Part shown: positions 57,814-64,000 of the stretch, one piece after another | Position numbering within the stretch: position 1 is the first letter of the stretch | Layout: every line of letters begins with the position of its first letter | From: an uncultured Staphylococcaceae bacterium | Lineage (GTDB): Bacteria > Bacillota > Bacilli > Staphylococcales > Salinicoccaceae | Assembly (NCBI GenBank): GCA_964437955.1 | Contig: CAYTIR010000005.1 | Span: forward strand, 1,366 to 65,365 | DNA: 64,000 nt | Direction: 5' to 3' | Program-made: the position numbers and the translations under genes | Notes under the pieces: generated by a model | Databases searched by the model: none | What the model saw: only the letters and a program-made list of their open reading frames with translations | What the model was told of the DNA's origin: nothing

Positions 57814-59904
57814 ATGGATCATAATGAAAATCAGTCGCTCCATGATCATAAAGAGAATCATAAACATCCTGAGCATGAAACACATAGTCATCACGGTTCT
57901 CATAATCATGACGGTCATGACGACCACAGCAATCATGGTCACGGCGACCATGATCACGGTGATATGGTGACGGAATTTCGCAATAAGTTTTTTGTCATAC
58001 TGGTCATCACCATCCCCATCATGCTCCTCTCTCCAATGATCCAAGATTTCATGGGAGTGGACTGGAAGTTCACTGGTGATATTTATATTGTGGCTGCTTT
58101 GTCCACTTTCGTGTATTTCTATGGTGGATGGCCGTTCATCAAAGGAGGCTTAGACGAACTAAAAAGCAGAGAACCGGGAATGATGACATTGATCGGCATG
58201 GCCATCTCTATCGCCTTCTTTTACAGCATGGCTGTCGTATTCGGATTTAATGGAGAACAAATTTTCTGGGAACTGGCCACTTTAGTACTCATCATGCTCC
58301 TAGGCCATTGGATTGAAATGCGTTCCATCAGCAATGCTTCCAAAGCCTTGGAATCACTTGCTTCCCTCATGCCGAGCACTGCAAACCGCATTGCTGAGAA
58401 TGGTGAAACTGAAGAAGTGCAGGTTGATAAGATCAAGACAGGAGACCTGCTGCTGGTCAAACCGGGTGAAAAAATGCCGTTGGACGGAAAAATTGTCAAA
58501 GGGAATTCCCAAGTTGATGAATCCATGCTGACTGGTGAGTCCGTACCCGTTGCCAAAGCGGTTGACGACGAAGTGATTGGCGGATCAATCAACCGGGAAG
58601 GCTCACTTACAGTAGAAGTGGAAAAATTGATGGATGAATCCTACTTGAATCAGGTTATCGAAATGGTCAAGGAATCTCAAAAGACCAAATCCAAGACACA
58701 GGACATCACGAACCAGGCGGCAGAATGGCTGTTTTATATCGCTTTGGCAACTGGGATCATCACATTTATCGTCTGGCTCAGCATCGGAGCAAGTGTGGAT
58801 ACGGCCATCCAGAGAACGGTCACCGTCATGGTCATCACATGTCCTCATGCTTTAGGGCTCGCAGCACCATTGGTCATTTCTGTTTCTACCGCTTTATCTG
58901 CAAAACATGGTCTGTTGATACGGAATCGTCCTCAGTTTGAACGGGCACGGAATATTGACGCCGTAATATTCGATAAGACCGGTACGTTGACTGAAGGTAA
59001 ATTTGGAGTGACAGACGTGCAGTCCTTCGGCGATATGGATGAAAATACGATACTAAGCTATGCAGCGACGATAGAGAATGACTCGGAACATCCCATTGCG
59101 ACAGGCATACTCAATGAAGCGGCGGAAAGAGGATTGGAGCTGCATGAAATGACTGGATTCAATTCCATCACTGGCGTGGGCATCGAAGGTACAATCGATC
59201 AAAAGAATGTCAAAGTCGTGAGTCCCGGATATATCAATGAACAGAATATCAGCTTTGATAATCAGAACTTCAACAAATGGTCCGAACAGGGCAAGACGGT
59301 TGTCTTCCTGCTCATTGATGAATCACTGTCGGGTGCCATTGCGTTGGCTGATAAAATCAAAGAAAGTTCCAAGCAGACGGTTGAGCAGCTGCATCAAAGA
59401 AATATTAAAGCCATTATGCTGACCGGAGATAATCAGAAGGTGGCGAATTATGTTGCAGAACAGATTGGGATTGATGAAGTATATTCAGAAGTACTGCCGG
59501 ATCAGAAAGCAGAGAAAGTGGCAGAGATTCAACAGGGTGGTATGATTGTCGCAATGACAGGAGATGGCATCAATGATGCGCCGGCACTGACGAAAGCGGA
59601 TGTCGGCATTGCGGTGGGAGCAGGTACGGATATCGCGATGGACAGCGCAGACATCGTCCTTGTGGACAGCAATCCCAAAGATATTCTGTCAATATTCAGC
59701 CTGTCCAAGCGGACGTTTAGTAAACTGGTTCAGAATCTGATCTGGGCGACCGGATACAATATTTTCGCCATCCCATTGGCAGCAGGTGTGCTGGCACCCT
59801 GGGGCATTGTGCTCAGTCCGGCTGTCGGCGCAATATTGATGAGTCTCAGCACCATCATCGTCGCAATCAATGCACAATTATTGCATCGGTTTACAATGGA
59901 ATAA
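57814..59904 (+). CDS. copB: P1B-type heavy-metal ATPase, CPH motif, His-rich N-terminus (CopB-like copper exporter)
   Basis: N-terminal HDHKENHKHPEHETHSHHGSHNHDGHDDHSNHGHGDHDHGD, TM6 CPH (ITCPHALGLAAP), DKTGTLT, GDGINDAP. Confidence 0.85.
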   Translation: MDHNENQSLHDHKENHKHPEHETHSHHGSHNHDGHDDHSNHGHGDHDHGDMVTEFRNKFFVILVITIPIMLLSPMIQDFMGVDWKFTGDIYIVAALSTFVYFYGGWPFIKGGLDELKSREPGMMTLIGMAISIAFFYSMAVVFGFNGEQIFWELATLVLIMLLGHWIEMRSISNASKALESLASLMPSTANRIAENGETEEVQVDKIKTGDLLLVKPGEKMPLDGKIVKGNSQVDESMLTGESVPVAKAVDDEVIGGSINREGSLTVEVEKLMDESYLNQVIEMVKESQKTKSKTQDITNQAAEWLFYIALATGIITFIVWLSIGASVDTAIQRTVTVMVITCPHALGLAAPLVISVSTALSAKHGLLIRNRPQFERARNIDAVIFDKTGTLTEGKFGVTDVQSFGDMDENTILSYAATIENDSEHPIATGILNEAAERGLELHEMTGFNSITGVGIEGTIDQKNVKVVSPGYINEQNISFDNQNFNKWSEQGKTVVFLLIDESLSGAIALADKIKESSKQTVEQLHQRNIKAIMLTGDNQKVANYVAEQIGIDEVYSEVLPDQKAEKVAEIQQGGMIVAMTGDGINDAPALTKADVGIAVGAGTDIAMDSADIVLVDSNPKDILSIFSLSKRTFSKLVQNLIWATGYNIFAIPLAAGVLAPWGIVLSPAVGAILMSLSTIIVAINAQLLHRFTME

Positions 59905-60084
59905 ATACAGTTTTTCCTGCTGCAGTTCATCGTATCTCCGTTGTTTCTTCATCTGAATTTCATCACTTTTGATCTTTAATGATAATGTGAAAGGGTATGT
60001 AGCGGATGATTGAAGGCCGCATATGATTCACTTTTAAGCAATCGTGGTATTAACCTGTATAACCATAAAAGGACAGGTGATAGT

Positions 60085-60504
60085 GTGGAGCGTTCTGAAG
60101 CTGCAAATCGTATTACCGAGATACTCGATGAATCCAAAGTGGGTGTCTTGTCAACTGCGCGTAATAATGAGCCGAATGCACGATATATGTGGTTCTATAA
60201 TGACGGTCTGACACTGTACGCAAAGACGAATGACAAGTCTCCTAAGTATGATGAGTTGAAAGACAATCCCCGGGCACATGTTCTGCTCGGATTCCATGAT
60301 TCTTCAACCCATGCGTTTGTCGAAGTGTATGGAGAGGTTGAGAGGATAAAAGATCAGGAAACGATTGACTGGCTGTGGGAGGAAGCAGATAAGGAATTTT
60401 TTGAATCTAAGGACAACCCGCACCTAAAAGCACTGAAAATCACACCGAAAGCTATAAAGATTATGAATGATGATGAATTTGAGGATGTCCAGCTGACGTT
60501 ATAA
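60085..60504 (+). CDS. pyridoxamine 5'-phosphate oxidase-family protein (general stress protein 26-like)
   Basis: GVLSTARNNEPNARYMWFY... GTG start after an AGGACAGGTGA RBS; the longer ORF-track start is rejected. Confidence 0.65.
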   Translation: MERSEAANRITEILDESKVGVLSTARNNEPNARYMWFYNDGLTLYAKTNDKSPKYDELKDNPRAHVLLGFHDSSTHAFVEVYGEVERIKDQETIDWLWEEADKEFFESKDNPHLKALKITPKAIKIMNDDEFEDVQLTL

Positions 60505-60620
60505 AATAAGCAATCGGAAGTTTAGAAGTCTGACCAGTATTTGCTGGCCGGACTTTTTTATTCAGCATCGAAAATGGGTAAAGAGGTTATAAAGGCATGG
60601 ACACCAAAGGAGTGAAGTGA

Positions 60621-61112
60621 ATGTTAGCCTATGTTTGGGCTGAAGATGAAAATGGACTGATTGGAAAGGGCACGGGTCTGCCTTGGCGGCTGCCGGCAGA
60701 TGTGGCTTTCTTTAAACGGATAACGATGCGCGGTGATATGGTGACGGGCAGGAAGACGTACGAAACGATTCCGAACCGGCCGTTGCCCGGACGACGCAAT
60801 ATCATTTTGACGGCTCAGCAGGATTACGAAGCACCCGGGGCAATTGTGGTCCATACAAAAGAAGAAGTGCTAGAACTTGAAGAAAAGAATGGGGAGGATC
60901 TCTATATCATCGGAGGATCGTCACTATTCGAGATGTTCGCAGACGAAGTCGATGAATTATACAGAACCGTGATCCATGATTCATTTGAAGGGGACACATA
61001 CTTCCCCGAGAGCTTTAATTACGAGGCATTTGAACTGGTGAAAACCGAAAAAGGGATTGTCGATGAGAAGAATAAGTATGAGCATACATTTGAATTGTGG
61101 AGAAGGAAATAG
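60621..61112 (+). CDS. folA: dihydrofolate reductase
   Basis: VWAEDENGLIGKGTGLPWRLPADVAFFKRIT...GRKTYE...LPGRRNIILT...IIGG. Confidence 0.9.
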   Translation: MLAYVWAEDENGLIGKGTGLPWRLPADVAFFKRITMRGDMVTGRKTYETIPNRPLPGRRNIILTAQQDYEAPGAIVVHTKEEVLELEEKNGEDLYIIGGSSLFEMFADEVDELYRTVIHDSFEGDTYFPESFNYEAFELVKTEKGIVDEKNKYEHTFELWRRK

Positions 61113-61122
61113 GTTCATGAAC

Positions 61123-61151
61123 AAAAAAAGCAGCCAATGGCTGCTTTTTTT
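61123..61151. terminator. bidirectional terminator
   Basis: aaaaaaagcagcc aat ggctgcttttttt. Confidence 0.85.
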
Positions 61152-61159
61152 CAATACGT

Positions 61160-61669
61160 CTAACCCATGCCCTGTATGTATTCCATTATCGACTTGGAAA
61201 ATGCTTCGGGATTATCATGGTTGAGCAGATGCCCGCCCTTATCTATCACTGAAACCTCAGCCCTTTCATTTACATATTCATCAATTGTTTCGAGTTCATG
61301 ATCGCTTTCACTTCCTGCGATTATATGGATGGGGAGGTTTTCTTTAAGTACTTCAGCGTTTTTACTGAATGGATACCATGATTGATTTCTTGTTATATCA
61401 AGGAACTGTCTCCAGGCCGGAGGATGGATGTTATCAAAATATGATGCTGTTTCTTTGCTTTCCAATACTTTGCTTTGCATCTCAACTTCATTTTTATGGA
61501 GTTCGATATAATTATGAGGTTCTTTGAACATGAGCCCCGAGAGTGTCAGTGATTTAACTGATGATTTATATTTCAATGCAAAATGAACTGCAACCAAAGC
61601 ACCGACAGAGACACCGACCAGATGCATGTTTTTAATCTTTAAATGTTTAACAGTTTCCGTTCCTTTCAC
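61160..61669 (-). pseudogene. alpha/beta hydrolase lacking its N-terminal third
   Basis: The nucleophile elbow GVSVG lies only about 18 aa from the GTG start and there is an in-frame stop 5 codons upstream. An RPLILYI-like fragment occurs in another frame at about 61690-61740. Confidence 0.45.
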
Positions 61670-61754
61670 TTTGAATATAAAGAATCAGCGGCCTGGCATC
61701 AAGCAGCCGGACTGTCGTAAAATGGAAGGCGTTTTTCTGTAAGAGGTTGCAGTT

Positions 61755-62501
61755 TTACTCGTTGATGTGGTCGTGGATTTCTTCGGCAATGCCTTCTGCG
61801 CCGTCTGCATTGGGGTGCACGCCGTCAAGCTGGAACCAGTCTCTCCTATCCTCTGTCAGCTGGTTGATGTCGATGAGCCCTGCATTTTTTTCGGCTGAAA
61901 CCTCTTTGATGATTTCTGTGATCTTATCAATATTTTCGTCGTTTATATCACCGGGCCTATCCGCTTCATTGAACGCCTTCGGCGGGGTGGCCAGATAGAT
62001 TTCTGTATCCGGGTTATGTTCGGCATAGGTATCCACCAGTTCTGAATACTCTTCCCTGAACTGTTCGCGGCCGTTCCAGTTTGTGCTTTTGGAGTCATTG
62101 GTACCGAGCATGATCACAGTGATATCCGGATTGAAATCGAGGCTGTTCTGATACTCCTCGGTCACATCGTAGGGAAAGTCTGCGCTTTTCATGGCGGCAT
62201 AGTTGTTCGCTCCAAAGTTGCCGACCCAGTATCCCCCGCCCAAGAGGGAATCCAGCCGCGGCGGATATGCATTTTCTGATCTGTTGTTTATCAGCAGCCC
62301 GTATGTTGTGCTGTCACCGACCGCCGCCACCTTGATGTCATCGTGGTCTCCTTCTGATGTACTGCCGGCATCGGGTGGCCTGAAATAGCCGGCGGTGAAA
62401 TATATGGCGGCCAATATAACAGCGGCAGAAGCGCCTGTCAATATCCATTTAAACACTTTTCTGTCCACAAGAATCACCTGAATTATATTGATATGCTGCA
62501 A
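61755..62501 (-). CDS. SGNH/GDSL hydrolase with N-terminal membrane anchor
   Basis: VAAVGDSTTYG (block I), GTND, and DGVHPN (block V). Confidence 0.8.
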   Translation of the reverse strand: MQHINIIQVILVDRKVFKWILTGASAAVILAAIYFTAGYFRPPDAGSTSEGDHDDIKVAAVGDSTTYGLLINNRSENAYPPRLDSLLGGGYWVGNFGANNYAAMKSADFPYDVTEEYQNSLDFNPDITVIMLGTNDSKSTNWNGREQFREEYSELVDTYAEHNPDTEIYLATPPKAFNEADRPGDINDENIDKITEIIKEVSAEKNAGLIDINQLTEDRRDWFQLDGVHPNADGAEGIAEEIHDHINE

Positions 62502-62630
62502 TACAGCTGTTCATTCATTGGTTACATTTTACTTGAATACAGGGAAAGGTCAATTAATACCTGAATATAAAATAATATGGTTTGCGGTATTTATTTATAT
62601 CTGAAGGGTAAATCTAAGCAAATTGCTTGA

Positions 62631-62660
62631 AAATTAAGTATATACGTATATACTTAATTT
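62631..62660. promoter_or_regulatory. 30-nt perfect palindrome (putative toxin-antitoxin operator) overlapping the promoter
   Basis: AAATTAAGTATATAC|GTATATACTTAATTT, 15 nt upstream of the antitoxin ATG region. TTGCTT -35-like hexamer at 62623. Confidence 0.6.
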
Positions 62661-62674
62661 AAGGAGATGGTAAT

Positions 62675-62905
62675 ATGACAGTTCAAAGAAAGATCAGAAA
62701 AACCGGTAATAGTACAGTAGTCAGCATCCCTAAAGAAATACTCGAGCGATTAAATGCTTCTGAAGGTGACAATCTGGAATTTATAACTGAGAAAAATGCT
62801 ATAACTATTCAGAAGAAAATAGATTCTGAGCAAGAGATTTTAAATATATCTAATGAAATGTTTGAGGAATATGACAAAACAATGCGTGATTTGGTCAATC
62901 GATGA
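62675..62905 (+). CDS. AbrB/SpoVT-domain antitoxin
   Basis: KIRKTGNSTVVSIPKEILERL swapped-hairpin motif. AAGGAG RBS. ATGA overlap with the toxin gene. Confidence 0.8.
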   Translation: MTVQRKIRKTGNSTVVSIPKEILERLNASEGDNLEFITEKNAITIQKKIDSEQEILNISNEMFEEYDKTMRDLVNR

Positions 62906-63288
62906 TAAGGTACTTAACGGAGCAGGACATAATACTTATTAATGTTAACGTGATAAAGACCTACTCACCTAAAGAACAAATCGGGGTTAAAGAACCTGAA
63001 TCATTGAATATGACTGTTGAAGCTCCTAAACAGTTTGTGTTTGATAGGGAGTTATATCCACCACGGGAATTAAAAGCTGCGTGCCTTTATAGGAACCTTG
63101 TAATGAAACATATTTTCTTTAACGGTAACAAAAGAACCGCAGCCAATGCGGTGTATGTTTTCATTCTGTTAAATGGCAGTGTGATTTCTGTAGATCCGGA
63201 TGAATTCACTGATTTTACAGTACGGATTGCTGTAGAAAAATTACACGAAAAGGCTATTGCTGAATGGCTGAAGTTTCATCTTGAATGA
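62902..63288 (+). CDS. doc: Doc (death-on-curing)/Fic-family toxin
   Basis: Fic/Doc motif HIFFNGNKRTAA. 128 aa. Confidence 0.8.
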   Translation: MIRYLTEQDIILINVNVIKTYSPKEQIGVKEPESLNMTVEAPKQFVFDRELYPPRELKAACLYRNLVMKHIFFNGNKRTAANAVYVFILLNGSVISVDPDEFTDFTVRIAVEKLHEKAIAEWLKFHLE

Positions 63289-63371
63289 TTCTTATGGATG
63301 AAACATACCCCCTCAGCATTCAGGGTATTGTAATTACATGTCTTTCTATAAAAAGATCGGCAGGTGATACT

Positions 63372-63554
63372 ATGATCCTGAGGATAATAGTGAGTACAGT
63401 GGTACTGATACTGTTCTCAATCCCTCTCATCTCGACGATACGCAAAGAATACCGGGAGAATAACCGGGTGTCCAAATGGAGTGTGTTCTTCCTTGTCCTT
63501 GCCGTACTGCTCTGGCTTGCACTGGTGATTTCATTCTTTGCCTATATTATGTAA
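63372..63554 (+). CDS. small two-TM membrane protein
   Basis: MILRIIVSTVVLILFSIPL... after an AGGTGA RBS. 60 aa. Confidence 0.45.
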   Translation: MILRIIVSTVVLILFSIPLISTIRKEYRENNRVSKWSVFFLVLAVLLWLALVISFFAYIM

Positions 63555-63559
63555 CAGTA

Positions 63560-63597
63560 AGAGGAGGTTCCCGGAAAATGAGGGGAACCTCCTCTTT
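63560..63597. terminator. bidirectional terminator
   Basis: agaggaggttccc ggaaaatga ggggaacctcctcttt. Confidence 0.8.
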
Positions 63598-63607
63598 GAT
63601 CCGTGTA

Positions 63608-64000
63608 TTATTTGCTGGCTTCACTGATTTCGCTTACTGCAAGTATGGCGTTCGCAATCTCTTCCGGTGTGATCCTGTCGCTCAGGTTGGCGAATGTGTC
63701 TTCCGGATTTGTTGCGAGTTTGCCGACTTTTACAAGGTCTTCGAAGCTTGTGTCTTCAAGATGCATCTCTTTGAGTGTCGTCGGCATGCCGATGTTTTTA
63801 TAGAATCCGATATATCTGTCCAGTGTTTCATCCGAACTGTTCTCAAGGACGAGCTGTACGAGTGTGCCGTAGGCCACTTTCTCACCGTGGGAGAGGTGAT
63901 GGATGTCGCCAGAAAGTGAGGTGAAGCCGTTGTGGATGGCGTGGGCTGCAGCCAGTCCGCCGTTTTCAAACCCGAGGCCGGAAAGCAGTGTGTTTGCTTC
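63608..64000 (-). CDS. gldA: glycerol dehydrogenase, C-terminal part (5' end outside the window)
   Basis: The frame is open to the window edge: ...GLAAAHAIHNGFTSLSGDIHHLSHGEKVAYGTLVQLVLEN... are iron/zinc-ADH family III GldA motifs. Confidence 0.8.
   Translation of the reverse strand, partial: EANTLLSGLGFENGGLAAAHAIHNGFTSLSGDIHHLSHGEKVAYGTLVQLVLENSSDETLDRYIGFYKNIGMPTTLKEMHLEDTSFEDLVKVGKLATNPEDTFANLSDRITPEEIANAILAVSEISEASK

Noticed and set aside
57799-58044. 81-aa minus-strand ORF rich in His/Met/Val/Ile (also 46108-46353, 47252-47497 and 49186-49664 opposite the acidic linkers)
   Set aside because: These are reverse-complement frames of the His-rich CopB N-terminus and the Glu-rich lipoprotein linkers. 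Repetitive codons keep the antisense frames open.

Overview
This is a chromosomal segment from a low-GC Gram-positive bacterium. The gene content, GGAGG-type ribosome-binding sites, S-box and guanine riboswitches, helD, tcyP and YitT look Bacillales/Staphylococcaceae-like. All family calls come from reading motifs by eye; no searches were run. About 60 protein genes are supported, mostly housekeeping or accessory metabolism and many transporters: xpt-pbuX, a TDT-family transporter, a DUF606 transporter, an RND pump, two DAACS-family symporters, an NhaC-family antiporter, an ABC exporter and three DHA2 MFS pumps around a MarR regulator. No rRNA, tRNA, CRISPR array, transposase or integrase was seen. 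Items worth a second look: (1) a Phe-rich leader peptide with alternative hairpins and two terminators upstream of pheA, which resembles enterobacterial-style attenuation rather than a T-box; (2) a SAM-I riboswitch controlling a stand-alone ATP-grasp ligase; (3) three tandem, separately promoted paralogous lipoprotein genes with acidic linkers, the middle one with a duplicated domain; (4) a visibly AT-richer island (~53.5-57.8 kb) carrying paralogous small secreted proteins (one split at an A9 tract), a lipoprotein, a GrpB-family protein, and a methyltransferase preceded by a short upstream ORF and a hairpin that sequesters its ribosome-binding site; (5) a divergent pyruvate-kinase-like protein; (6) a CsoR-type operator in front of a His-rich CPH-type P1B ATPase; (7) an AbrB-type antitoxin/Doc toxin pair with a 30-nt perfect palindrome; (8) several gene remnants.
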